DNA of 63,579 bases, filler included, from Pirum gemmata (GCA_002812295.1; 16 parts of 16 records of this genome joined end to end with filler, not necessarily neighbours in it); one strand, 5' to 3'; shown: positions 1-11,841, counted from the whole stretch's first letter. Program-made: numbers and translations. The notes: generated by a model from the sequence alone, not told the origin.

Positions 1-60
1 ACTGAACTGATGAAACTGAAGGGTGGTCATTTTTTTTTTTTTTCTTTTTCTTTTTTTATA

Positions 61-230
61 GGGAACTTTCATAAATTACGTCATTTGAGCTTGGCTCGAA
101 GAATGATTAATATCTACTTTTTTTTAAAGTAATAAGTCATAAGCGGAAAAAAGTGGATGTAGATCGAAAGCGATTTAAGTGACGTCATTTATCAAAAGAA
201 TTTAGGTGACGTCATTTATGAACGCTTACC
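61..230. mobile_element. PIF/Harbinger-like MITE (related to family C)
   Basis: Imperfect terminal inverted repeats GGGAACTTTCATAAATTACGTCA ... TGACGTCATTTATGAACGCTTACC; no coding capacity; TIR resembles family C TIR (GGGAGCGTTCAAATAATACGT). Confidence 0.5.
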
Positions 231-476
231 ATTTCATGTACCGCTCACGATATTATTTACACTTATTCCCTTTAGAAAACTCCTTTTTAAAAAAATTATG
301 GTGGAAACATTTTAAAAAAACGTCCAACGTTTGGGTTTCACTATAATTTTCAGTTTTCGATCGAATATAAGTAATGTAATAATATTTAATAAGTTTGAAA
401 TTTTCGAACATAAAAAAAAAGTTGTGGGCTTTTCATTAGTAAAAAAAAGTAGGATATTATTATTATTATTTTGTAA

Positions 477-712
477 CACCACCACAGAGGACAAAACTGC
501 TGAAATCATTTTTTTTAGACTTCTTTCTAAAAACCTTTAATGCCAACTAGCCAAATTATTATCTAACATTGGCCATTGGTTCATAATAGAGTTTTTTTAG
601 TTGAACGATTTCCGAAATTTTGGTAGTACTTTCATTAAAATTGAAACATTTTAATATTTCATCAGATTTTGAGTTTCTATGGCGGATTTTGCAATTTTAT
701 CCGGCATCAGTG
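477..712 (+). mobile_element. MITE family B copy (~240 bp)
   Basis: Shares core AACTAGCCAAATTATT..GGCCATTGGTTCATAATAGAG..AAATTTTGGTAGTACTTTCATTAAAATTG with at least 7 other copies; ends in ..TG followed by TTAA. Confidence 0.75.
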
Positions 713-2513
713 TTAAAAAATAAACAACAATAATGTAGACCCAGTTCACCTAATACTAATAACCTAATAATAACCCTATGATAACTTTACTGATAATGAC
801 CCCATTTTACCCAAACCCTCTAATGACTATAACTACCTACCCTAACCCCAAACCCAACCCTCAACCCCAACCCCAACCCAACCCTATCTCTAACTTATTC
901 CTAATTATTCTTACTTTATGGTAAAGTTGTAACAAACTTTGTTGTAAATCACGAATATGACAAGTACAAGTGCTGTCTGTATATTGTAAGATATCGTTTG
1001 TTATCATAAAAATAATAATCATGTAAATGCATAATATATAATAAAGGCTAAATGTACCGAGTAAAAGGGTAATTAGCCTGTAAATTAACTGACTTGATAT
1101 CATAAAACTTTCAATAAAACTTTAGCTGTGTTGATAATATGAGTCCATAATATTTTGACCTTGACATAGACTATTGAGTCCATAATATTTTGACCTTGAC
1201 ATAGACTATTTAGCCTATTTAGTACTAGTCTACGTTTTACTATTTTCAGTCTATTTTCCTATTTTTGATAACTTTTGTTTAATTTTGTCGCAAATAGCGT
1301 CACTCGATTTTTGAAATTGACGGAATCGGCCACGACATTGAGTTGCTGGTATATCGTTATATGATATTATGATAATATGATAGTCTATCGGATAGTTGGG
1401 TTAGGGTTAGGGTTAGGGTTAGGATATATATTAAACTATACAGCTATAACTACTGTATCTACTACTATAATGACGACTTATGATAATATATTAATATAAA
1501 TAAATTAATTATCGATATAATGATAACTTAGTCATACAAGCTACTAGCTAGGTCCCACAAGTAACTTTTTGTATCATATCGGTATTATGGTTGCTGTATA
1601 TTGTTGGAGGTTGGAACACTTTCAAAATCTCAGTAAATAGTCTACGATAGCGGTCACGAGTCCACGACAAAAAAAATATACATATAGGATATTTTAGGAT
1701 ATTTTAGATCGTCTCTCCTATCATAGCTAGCTAGTAGCTAGCTAGTAGCAGTCTAGTAGCCTAGCTGGTAATCCTGGTATCGATAGTGCTGCACTTTAAT
1801 TAATTAAGGTTCTGCACAGGCAGTGCAGTGCTGAAGTAATAGTGCTATCATATCGATATCATACTTAGCTCAATTATCGCTACTGTTCTTCTGACCAGTA
1901 AGTAGAGCTGAGGCTACCGCTAGCTAGGTCTAGCTAGCTAGCTACCGTTCAAAAATCAAAAATTTAATTCAAACTTGTGCTAAGTCCTGGCTAAGTCTGG
2001 CTGCAGTATATTTTCTATCATAGGATTCATCGCTAAGTTACCCCTGCAGGCAGTAAGCTGTAGACTAGTAACTTTTTTTTTTTTTTTTCCTCATCAAGAA
2101 AGATCCTAGAATTTTTTTTTTTTTTTTTTTTTTTAAAATAAATATCGAAAGAAGAACTATCATAAATTATCTAGTTTTATTTTATAATTACGTAATTATT
2201 GAACGCTCCCAAATATTGGTTTTTGCTTGGGTTTTTGCTAGGCTAGCTAGCTAGTAGTAGACTAGCTAGTAGTAGCTAGCTAGCTACTAGCTAGAGGGTT
2301 TTTGGTGGGGTTTGTGGTTTGTGAGACAGACTTTGTGTTAGAAGTTAGAACTACCAGTAGTTTACTATTATTATGATATTGTGTATCATATCGTGTGTTA
2401 AAAAAACACTGTGTTTGTGTTTTGAGTCTGTCAAAGTTGACAGTTGACAGGGTATTTTTCTTGTTATCATATTTATACAGGTTATTTATAATCTATTTAT
2501 ATATGATATAGAG

Positions 2514-2533
2514 CAAGGACTTTGAAGTCCTTG
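2514..2533. mobile_element. Palindromic transposon remnant (P-like excision footprint) with 7-bp TSD
   Basis: CAAGGACTT-TG-AAGTCCTTG flanked on both sides by TATAGAG (2507-2513, 2534-2540). Confidence 0.7.
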
Positions 2534-2577
2534 TATAGAGTCATATAGAGTCTATGATAATAATATATTATGATAAG

Positions 2578-2614
2578 CAAGGACTTCAAAAAAGTTTCTT
2601 TTTTGAAGTCCTTG
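2578..2614. mobile_element. Palindromic transposon remnant with 17-bp arms
   Basis: CAAGGACTTCAAAAAAG-TTT-CTTTTTTGAAGTCCTTG, a perfect 17-bp inverted repeat; flanks TGATAAG / AAATAAG match 5 of 7. Confidence 0.7.
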
Positions 2615-2949
2615 AAATAAGTCTAGCTAGCTATGCATACTATCATATTCATAACTATAGCAGCTCTACACTGTCTACAGTCTCTATCGTACTAGTAGCT
2701 AGCTATGAAAACTGCTTGTCCTTTTTTTTTGTTGACATTTCGTTTAGTCTATTGATTTGTATATTTATTATAAATTTGTGTTCACATAATAACCTATGGT
2801 CATACGGCACCACAAAATGGAGTTTTGTGGTGATATCTCAATGGGCTGACCGCGTGGAAATATGATTGGTCGATTGGATATACATTTATTCTCGAAACTA
2901 TTATTTTATGTCGAGCTTATTTGTTTAGCTATGATTGAATTAAGTTTAA

Positions 2950-3903
2950 GTGTATGATTTTATTGTTTGGTATTATACAAATTGATTATGTAATAATAAT
3001 TTGTATTTGTAAATGATTATTTAGAATGTTCCAGAAAATTGTGGATTATGTAATAGTTAGTTTTCACAAAGGTATATAAGCAGAGTGTAAAGCTTATGTG
3101 TGTATGAAAAGAAGAGCATAAATTTATAAAAGTCTAAAATGTTGTAAATAAAAAGTATAAATTCATAAAACACAAAAATACATATAGTTCTCTTTTTTCG
3201 ATATAATATCATTAAGTAAAATGATGGGACAAATTGGTGGAGGAGCAGGGCAAAGAGAAAGCGATTATGTACAGATAAGTAGGATGTGAATGAAAACAAA
3301 TGCGAGAATATCAAGAGGATTACGAAAGCATTCGTTGTTGGTTGTGCTATACAAAACAGCATGAGGTAGACTGGAGGGCTCCATAGGACGTAGCTGGCTT
3401 ATATGAGACGTTATAATGCTTAGTTATGTGGTTTGAGATAGAATTTAGTTCTATATAGTGTTAAGAGATCATTATGGTGAGATAATGACGGTAATGAATG
3501 TGGTTTAAGCATATAAAGTTATGGTTCATGATTAGAAGGAAAGCTATAAGGTTGTGAAGAACTAGTGGTAAAAGCTTATCTAAAGAGAACAAAGTAACTG
3601 GAGAGGTGCAATAGTGGCCAAAATTCAATAGATTGTGAAAATTTTTCTTGTAGTAACATGCAAATTGCTTAAGATATGAATATTGTTGTGATATTATTTA
3701 GTTCTGGTAATGGCAAAAGAGTGAAAAGTCAAGGTTAAATTATAGAATTAATGGGGTGTAATAACAATATCGTCATCATGCATAGCAATAATTGTGAATA
3801 CCGAATTCATGAGTGAATAGGTGAGGAAAATCGCGGAAAGCTAGGTTTATATAGAATTTAGTAGTAAATGGCAATAAAAGACAATTAGGTGGACATTGTT
3901 AAT
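2950..3903 (-). pseudogene. Decayed non-LTR (LINE) reverse transcriptase fragment
   Basis: Minus-strand reading gives PPNCLLLPFTTKFYIN (PQGxxLSPxLFxxYIN-like), then TAT GCA [TGAT] GAC GAT ATT GTT ATT = YA/DDIVI with a 4-bp insertion (~3761-3787), and LLTLY...ASYVLWSP. Many stops; left boundary approximate. Confidence 0.6.
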
Positions 3904-4003
3904 NNNNNNNNNNNNNNNNNNNNNNNNNNNNNNNNNNNNNNNNNNNNTTAATTAATTAANNNNNNNNNNNNNNNNNNNNNNNNNNNNNNNNNNNNNNNNN
4001 NNN
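3904..4003. other. Artificial scaffold linker N44-TTAATTAATTAA-N44 (first of 15)
   Basis: Identical 100-bp linkers start at 3904, 7885, 11900, 15872, 19873, 23849, 27831, 31832, 35831, 39813, 43811, 47680, 51644, 55609 and 59583. Ordinary internal N gaps lie at 8351-8442, 21305-21395 and 50852-50955. Confidence 0.98.
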
Positions 4004-4440
4004 AATAAATTATGATTCTATGATATCAAATTTTATAAATCGTTTATAAAGACTTCAAAATTGATTTAGAGCTTGTGACTATATATATAACGGAAAGAGG
4101 ACGCAGTGAGATGTATATGAGATATACCATATAGATTGGGTTTATATTATTATAATATAACTATATAGGCTATACCAGTATATATTTTGTTATGATGGAA
4201 ATCAGATGGATGGAACTCGTTGGTATCATATTATATATTTATATAAATAAATTATGATTCTATGATATCAAATTTTATAAATCGTTTATATAAAGACTTC
4301 AAAATTGATTTAGAGCTTGTGACTATATATATAACGGAAAGAGGACGCAGCGAGATGTATATGAGATATACCATATAGATTGGGTTTATATTATTATAAT
4401 ATAACTATATAGTCTATAAGACTATACCAGTATATGTATA
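4004..4440. repeat. Tandem duplication (~240-bp period)
   Basis: AATAAATTATGATTCTATGATATC...GGAAAGAGGACGCAG...ACCATATAGATTGGG occurs at 4004 and again at ~4246, near identical. Confidence 0.9.
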
Positions 4441-4797
4441 ATAAGTCTAGATATATATTCATCTTCATCATCATCATCATCTTCTTCTTCATATATACCA
4501 AATGAAAACTATATGTTACAAAAATTTTGTAGTGCGTTATTAAATTCACATTCGTTAGGAAATAATCATCTTTATATTTTTGAAAGATATTTAAAGTCAC
4601 CATTATGGCATTATTATGTATATCGATATCACCCCGTTTTTATCGGATAAGTTGTTAATAACATCATATCAGCAGTTTTTCAAGAAACTTCAAACTGGTT
4701 TGCTTGAAACTCCAGCTTCAAAGTTCAAACTCTAACTAGTTTAGAGTCTAGTAGACTCTATCATAACTAGTACTACTGTACTACTATTAAAAAGCTT

Positions 4798-4833
<36 letters not shown>

Positions 4834-5217
4834 TATCCCTTCTTTATCATAACTTTTTGTGAACTTTTTGCGAGTCCAACTTTTTTTCAATGATTTTTTT
4901 CCCTGACTTTTTTCCTAGTAGCCTAGCTAGACTAGCTAGGATTTTTTCAAAGACCCCAGGAAGAGTCTTTGATTTTGTTCAAGTGGTGAAACCGCGAAAG
5001 CAGCAAAGTTAGCTACAGTCCTCTCTAGTAGTAGCTACTAGCTAGTACTCTAGCTACGATACTAGCTAGCTAACTGGTAGCTGACCATATATAGGCATCT
5101 ACAACAAAAAAGTTTATTTTTTTCTTATTTTTTTTTTGTTTTTTTTTTATTCAAACTTCTTTTTCCTGGCAGTTTTTCGGACTTTTTCCTGGCTGGGTTC
5201 TTTGATTTTATAAAACT

Positions 5218-5446
5218 AAACTGTAGAAATCATTCTTTTTTGGACTTCTTTTCTAAAAACCTTTAATACTAACTAGTCAAATTATTTTTAAAAACTGGCC
5301 ATTGTTTCATAATAGAGCTTTCTTTATTAGACAATTTCTCAAATTTTGGTAGGACTTTCATTAAAATTGGAGTATTTTGAGTTTTTTGGATTTTGAGCTC
5401 ATATTTTAAACACGGAGGATGGCGCACTTTTTATCCATCTTGGATG
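5218..5446 (+). mobile_element. MITE family B copy
   Basis: Same core as 477-712; right end TTATCCATCTTGGATG followed by TTAA and poly-A. Confidence 0.75.
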
Positions 5447-5467
5447 TTAAAAAAAAAAAAAAAAATA

Positions 5468-5536
<69 letters not shown>

Positions 5537-6369
5537 CAAAGCAATTGCTATGTATTATGATATTATTATGAAAAATACAACAAGTTAAAAAACCGAACGA
5601 CAATGAAATCATACCAAAGTATTATCATATGAAACAATTAGTATGAAACAAGTCAACAAACTACAACAGTTACTATAGGTAGTAGATAGCCAGTGTACTA
5701 GCTAGAGCTAGCTAGCTAGCTACTGTAGCTATGATAGCAAGCCCTGCTAATGATGCTACTCTAGCTCTGGTAGCTACTATGATACAGTACTACTACTAAC
5801 TAGCTAGCTAGCTAGGCTATGATAGTGCTATGATGTGCTTTTTGAACATTATTATATTTTCCTATCCTAATAATAATAGAGACTATGGTATGGATAGCTA
5901 GCTAGAATCTGACTAGAATCAGTTCTAGAATCTAAATAGTGACTAGAATGGATAACATATGATATCATTGATATGATATCAGATACATCAAAAAAATATT
6001 ACGTATTAACACTATATTAACCCAATATAGATGGTAACTCCAACAATACCAGTATCCACAGGACCACCACAGCGAATATGATATGATCATATCGATACAA
6101 ATCATACAACGCTGTATTAAACTCTCTCTCTAGCTACTAGAGTAGGGAGCAAAGGTTCAAAACAAATATTTGTACAACAAAAGAACAATACAATAATTAC
6201 TAATCATAGATTTTTAATAGTACCGTTATAGCTCTACTACTATCGATACCCCTCTCTAGCTAGTTAGCTAGTATCATGATAGTATCAGAGCTCTAGCTAG
6301 AGTAGCTACCAGCTAGAGACCCCTACTATACCTGGCACGAAAAAGAAACCCTATGATAGAAAAAAAACT

Positions 6370-6511
6370 GGAGCGTTCAAATAATATGTAACGCAAATTT
6401 CCGGTCAAATACAGCTTCAAATACCCCTACCTATCTACCCCTCGACGTTAAATTCCGTCAAATACCACCTACCTACCTACCCCTTGACGTGACGTATTAT
6501 TTGAACACTAC
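6370..6511 (-). mobile_element. MITE family C, full-length (~140 bp), Harbinger-like TIR
   Basis: TIRs GGAGCGTTCAAATAATATGT / ACGTATTATTTGAACACTAC; internal (GGTA)n blocks shared with 8542-8680, 10831-10957 and 46384-46496. Confidence 0.75.
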
Positions 6512-6615
6512 TAGCTAGATGGTAATATCTCCTGGTAATATCTCAGATCATAATTATCATATTATTATGTTACTTTTTATGTATGATATGATAGAAAAAA
6601 AAAACTCAAAAAAAC

Positions 6616-6636
6616 CAAGGACTTTTGAGGTCCTTG
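6616..6636. mobile_element. CAAGGAC...GTCCTTG palindromic remnant
   Basis: CAAGGACTTTTGAGGTCCTTG, same termini as the 2514, 2578 and 31564 copies; flanks are inverted rather than direct here. Confidence 0.55.
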
Positions 6637-7509
6637 GTTTTTTCAAGTCAAAAAAAAAAAAAAAACTCAGCTATCATAGACTATCAATAGCTAGACTAGC
6701 TAGCTAGCTAGCTAGCTAGTAGTAGCTGATATGAATCCGTCTATGTATCACAGATAAAAGCTCTCTAGACTCTCTCTAGCTAGCTAGCTAGCTAGCTATC
6801 ATATGATATCATCTCTAGCTACTAGTAGCTAGAGCTAGGCTCAGGGCTGATAATATGATATGATAGTAACTCTACTAGCTAGCTACTAGAGCTATCGATA
6901 GCTAGCTAGCATAATGATGAATCGATGATATCATAGCTGGTGCTATAGCCTATAGACCCCCCTACCCCCTATATATAGTTTGGCTGGTGCTATATATAGC
7001 AGCTGATATACCGGTGTAGTTGGCTGGTGAGTAAAAAAAAAAAGAAATCACGAAAAAAAACATCAACAAAAAAAAAATAAAAAGAAATAAAAACTGATAA
7101 AAAAAAACTTGAAAAAACTTTTTAAAAAAAAAACTGATAAAAAAACACTAAAAAAACTAAATCATAAAAAAAAACTAAAAAAAAAACTAGAAAAAAAACG
7201 AAAAAAACTGCAATTTGCAAATAAAAGCAAATAAAATTAGAAGTAGTATTTGGATATTTTATTGTATCAACAACAACCAACAACAACAACAACAGCAGCA
7301 GCAAAATAAAATAAAAAAAATATTGCCATATTTTTAGTTTTATTAATAAATAGCTTTCCAAACGTAATTACTTATTTCCCCTCCCTTTCATTGGTTTTAT
7401 ATTGATGTTTGGGTTCTTTTTTTATTAGACATAAAAAGGAAAAATTAACATATGTTTATAAATTTTTAATATTTATTTCCAACCAAATTATTAAACTTAT
7501 CTTTTTAAT

Positions 7510-7807
7510 ATGAGCTCACACAACCAAAATGAATCTTCTCCTTTAGTCCCGGGTGGTGAAAATGTACTTAACAGCCCAGATAGTGATTTCATAAGGTAAG
7601 TAGTGGTTTAGGAATATTGTAGTGTTGAATTTTTCAAAAGTGCTATTGTTATTACTTACTATTCTTTTTTTGCTATTGTCATATTGTCTCGTTCGAATTT
7701 TTATTAAATCGTCTTACACCTTTACAGCCAACCACAAGCACGGGAAAAATTGACTGCACAAGTTGTAATCGCCGTGTCTATAGCTGCCTTATCACCAGTT
7801 CAATTTG
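7510..7807 (+). CDS. MFS sugar porter (GLUT8/ERD6-like), first two exons, partial
   Basis: Exon 1 7510-7595 and exon 2 7728-7807 (GTAAGT donor, TTTACAG acceptor, then GTAAAT donor) splice in frame to MSSHNQNESSPLVPGGENVLNSPDSDFISQPQAREKLTAQVVIAVSIAALSPVQFG, matching the sugar-porter TM1 motif AALGxxQFG. Scaffold ends in intron 2. Confidence 0.75.
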
Positions 7808-8541
7808 GTAAATATAACTATTGCGTACTTTATTATTGCCATTATTATTACCATTACTATAATGAAAACCAAAGCCGTTGATGCNNNNNNNNNNNNNNNN
7901 NNNNNNNNNNNNNNNNNNNNNNNNNNNNTTAATTAATTAANNNNNNNNNNNNNNNNNNNNNNNNNNNNNNNNNNNNNNNNNNNNATTTAAAATTAAAAAT
8001 TTAAAATTCAAAAAACAAAAACAAAAAAAAAAAACAAAAAAACAAAAAAAAACCATAAACCAAAACGAAAACCAAAACCAAAACGAAAACCAAAACCAAA
8101 ACCAAAACCAAAACCAAAACCATAACCAAAATCAAAACCATAACCAAAACCAAAATCAATCTCAAAAGTGAAATAAAAATCAAAGAGAAAAATATTACAC
8201 ATACCTATTGTTATATATTGTCGTTGTTGCTGTTAATGCAAAAAAATACTACACTGTTAATATTAAAAATAATAATTAAATAATAATAATAATAATAAAT
8301 AGTAATAATGATAATGATAATGATAATTATAATAATAATAACAATAATAANNNNNNNNNNNNNNNNNNNNNNNNNNNNNNNNNNNNNNNNNNNNNNNNNN
8401 NNNNNNNNNNNNNNNNNNNNNNNNNNNNNNNNNNNNNNNNNNAGAAAGAGTCAGAAAGAAGCAAAAAGAAAAGAAATCACGAGTGCACTCGAACAACTTT
8501 GACTCGAAAAAATCGAACAGATAGAATCTTACATTAACAGT

Positions 8542-8680
8542 GGGAGCGTTCAAATAATACGTCAAGGAGTGGGTAGGTAGGTGGTATTTGACCGAAAATT
8601 AAAAAGCTAATTAACGTCGAGGGGTAGGTAGGTAGGGGTATTCGAAGCTGTATTTGAACGGAAGTTGGCGTTATGTAGTA
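8542..8680 (+). mobile_element. MITE family C copy, right TIR disrupted by a TAGC tract
   Basis: GGGAGCGTTCAAATAATACGTCAAGG..GGTAGGTAGGTGGTATTTGACCG..; matches the reverse complement of 6370-6511. Confidence 0.75.
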
Positions 8681-8780
8681 GCTCTAGCTAGCTAGTAGTA
8701 GAACATGGCTGTGAAATGAATTTATTTTATATTAGTCTATTAGTATTTTATTTTTTTTTATTATTATTTTTTTTTTTAAA

Positions 8781-9001
8781 CAGCCAAGACGGATAAAACT
8801 GTAGAAATCATTTTTTTTTTTGAAAAACTTCTTTTCAAAAACAAAAGCAAAAATTATTTTTAAAAACTAGCTATTGGCTCATAATAGCGCTTTCTTAGTT
8901 AAAAGATTTCTCAAAACTTGGTAGTACTTGTATTAAAATTGGATCATTTTGAGATTTTTGGTTTTTTGAGCTCATACGGTGGATGTCGCCATTTTTATCC
9001 G
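8781..9001 (+). mobile_element. MITE family B copy with intact left TIR
   Basis: Begins TTAAA-CAGCCAAGACGGATAAAACTG, complementary to the right end TTTTATCCGGCTTGGCTG seen at ~25663-25678 and ~26678-26695. Confidence 0.75.
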
Positions 9002-9059
9002 AAAAGAAAAGAAAGAAAAAAACCTACTTTATACCAAAAACCAAGATAACCCACTGATA

Positions 9060-9285
9060 ACCCTAACACTACCCCTAACTCTAGACCCCTAACTCTATCC
9101 TAAACCTAACCAGTTCCCTACCCCTAACCCTAACTCTAACTCTAACCCTAACCCTAACCCTAACCCTAACTCTAACTCTAACCCTAACCCTAACTCTAAC
9201 TCTAACCCTAATCCTAACCTAACTCTAAACCCAACCCTAACCCTATAACCCTAAACCCAATTTGTAACCCTAATCCTAACCCAAA
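9060..9285. repeat. Interstitial telomere-like (CCCTAA/CTCTAA)n array
   Basis: Degenerate hexamer array internal to a scaffold. Similar arrays at ~840, 1398, 24870, 27985, 29300, 30417, 47651, 47780, 48661, 53170, 63070 and 63525. Confidence 0.9.
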
Positions 9286-9415
9286 GACTCCATGATGAAA
9301 AATATTATTATCATATATACATGCATGTTAATTTAATGTTAAAAAATATTTGAGTATTTCGATAGTACTAGTCATCTTTATTATCTCTATCTCTATCATA
9401 ATTATCTTTTTATCC

Positions 9416-9606
9416 TGCTTTTCATTTATTTTGTTACTTAGATTATTTATTTGGTACTTTTAAGTTTATAAACGTGTTTTTTTTAAATTGAAATATAAAT
9501 TATTAAACACGACAAATTAATTAAATTGTATCAAATAAATTTGATATAGTATTAACTTGGTATTTATTACTGCATATTCTATAATGACAAAATAACTGAA
9601 AAGCAC
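9416..9606 (+). mobile_element. MITE family A copy (diverged)
   Basis: TGCTTTTCATTTATTTTGTTAC ... TGACAAAATAACTGAAAAGCAC termini. Confidence 0.7.
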
Positions 9607-10300
9607 AATAAAATTTGAAATAAAACAGACTCGAAAGTGCTGGTCGAAAATATAATTTTATTTTATTATTATTATCATTATTACTTTTTTTTTTTTTTTT
9701 TAAAGTATGATAATTATGATATCATAAAGGTCCCAAAAGAAAAAAAAAGACTTGTGACTTTTTTTTATTTTTATAGTTAAAGGGCAGTTAAAGTCGTTGT
9801 TAGGCATTTTCTCGCCCGATGCCCAAAACATTAACTTTAAATGATGTAATATTTACGTAATTACCATTTCAAAGTTTAAAACATGACGTAAAACTTGCCT
9901 AATTAAGCACTTTTAATGTCCAATCCACACTTAGTAAACCCTGGTCTATTATTATTGGTAGGATTTTTGAAATTGTAGCTAGTCTAACTAGGGGAGATAT
10001 CTACTGGAACTTTTTTCGAACAGATACTTATCGAGCCAACCTTAGTTCCGTGTTTTTTACTAATAATAGCAGTTAAATAGCTTAAAATAGTACAATTTTA
10101 ATTATAATAGATACCAATTAAAGAAACAATATTAACATTAATAGTAATAACAACCATAAAATCGGAAAAGTTCCGGCGATTGTTCGGTAATAATAAAATG
10201 ACGTCATCTCACCCCTACTGTCTAACTCTAGCTAGCCTAGCTAAAAAAAATTGGTGGTATTTTTATTAACTCACTGTAGTCTGTAGGTCTATCTATATTT

Positions 10301-10462
10301 TCATCATAAAATAAACAATAAATAGTACCAAATTAATACAATATAAATCCATTTAATTTAATTTGGTATAATTTATTATTTATTTATTGATTTAAAAATG
10401 TCAATTTAAATATTATAATCCTCCAAATAAATATTCAGAGTGACAAAATAAATGAAAAGCAC
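10301..10462 (-). mobile_element. MITE family A copy (one end lost)
   Basis: Reverse complement of the family A consensus, ending ..TGACAAAATAAATGAAAAGCAC-GATA. Confidence 0.8.
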
Positions 10463-10830
10463 GATAGACTATTTTTAAAAAAGAAAAATACCCCTACTAG
10501 CTAGCTAGACAGACTCGACACTAATCTACTAGCTAGTAGCTAGCCTAGCTGGGATAATGTGGCAAAAAGTAGTCAGAAAGTCTGCTGGACTCTGCCAGGT
10601 TTGCCCCCCATCAAAGTACGCAGATATTTTCATAATTAGACATAATTTCCATTGTTATTAACTAATATTATTATTGTGATTATTATGATTTTAAGTATGA
10701 TTATGATTATGATTATGATTATGATTATGATTATGATTATTATATTATTGTTACTCTTAAATTATATATGACTACTTTATATTTTTTTAAAAAGGAAATA
10801 GTATGATAGTATAACTATACGGGCTTTTTC

Positions 10831-10957
10831 ATCAAGGGGTAGGTAGGTAGGTGGTATTTGACCAGAAATTAACGTCGAGTGGTAGGTAGGTAGGGGTATT
10901 TGAAAGTTATTTGAAGCTGTATTTGACTGGAACTGTTGGCGTTACGTAGTATTTGAC
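10831..10957 (+). mobile_element. MITE family C copy (truncated)
   Basis: TCAAGGGGTAGGTAGGTAGGTGGTATTTGACCAGAAATTAACGTCGAG...GCGTTACGTAGTATTTGA. Confidence 0.75.
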
Positions 10958-11057
10958 CCTTAGAGAGAGTCCAGCTAGCTAGCTAGCTAGCTAGTAGCTA
11001 GCTACACAGGCTTTTTTCAAGGAAATTTTACTGGGGAGATTTTATAGTGATTTTATT

Positions 11058-11222
11058 GTGCTTTTCATTTATTTTGTCACTACTGAGTATTTATTTGGGG
11101 GGTTATAATATTTAAATTGAAACTTTTAAATAAATATATAGATAATAAAATATACCAAATTAAATTAAATGGACTTATAATGTATTAATTTGGTACTATT
11201 TATTGTATATTTAAAATAACTG
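11058..11222 (+). mobile_element. MITE family A copy
   Basis: GTGCTTTTCATTTATTTTGTCAC start and internal TACCAAATTAA..TTAATTTGGTA hairpin; further partial copies at 12000-12096 and 12367-12503. Confidence 0.8.
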
Positions 11223-11841
11223 AGCCCTTAGCTATGATACTAGCTAGCACGATAGTTCTACTCTAGCTAGACTAGCTAGATAATAATATTATTATGATAG
11301 TTAGAAAAGGCTATCATAGATAGTCTAGTTCTACTTTTTAATTCTTTTTATTAAAACAATAGACCAGTAGTTATGATAGTACCTATGAGGCTATGATAGC
11401 TAGCTAGCTAGCTAGCTAGTAGTACCTACTAGCTATCATAGACTAGCTAGCTAGTCTAGCTAGTATGATATTATCTGATATTATTATAAGTCTATAGCCA
11501 GAGTCTGTCTATAGCAGTCAGGTAGCGATACTTAGTACTTACTACTTACTGGCGATTTTATCAGCGATATTTATAAATAAGTCTAGCTAGCTATCATAGA
11601 AGCCTAGCTAGCTAGGACCTATCACAGCTAGCTATAATAGTGGTTAGCTAGACTAAAATGGAAACTACTAAAGTGTGGAAAACCTGGAATTTGGAAAAAG
11701 CTCTGGAAAACCACCACTTTCTAATATTTAATATATGATAGTAAAAGTATAGTAAATATCATAATAATGATATTATAATAATTTATAAAATACCAACCAT
11801 TATTATTATTATTATATAGTCTACCGGAGGTACACCCCGCT

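Noticed and set aside
861..1103. 80-aa minus-strand ORF with a GTAAGA donor-like site near 914
   Set aside because: No recognisable homology or partner exon; surrounded by repeats.
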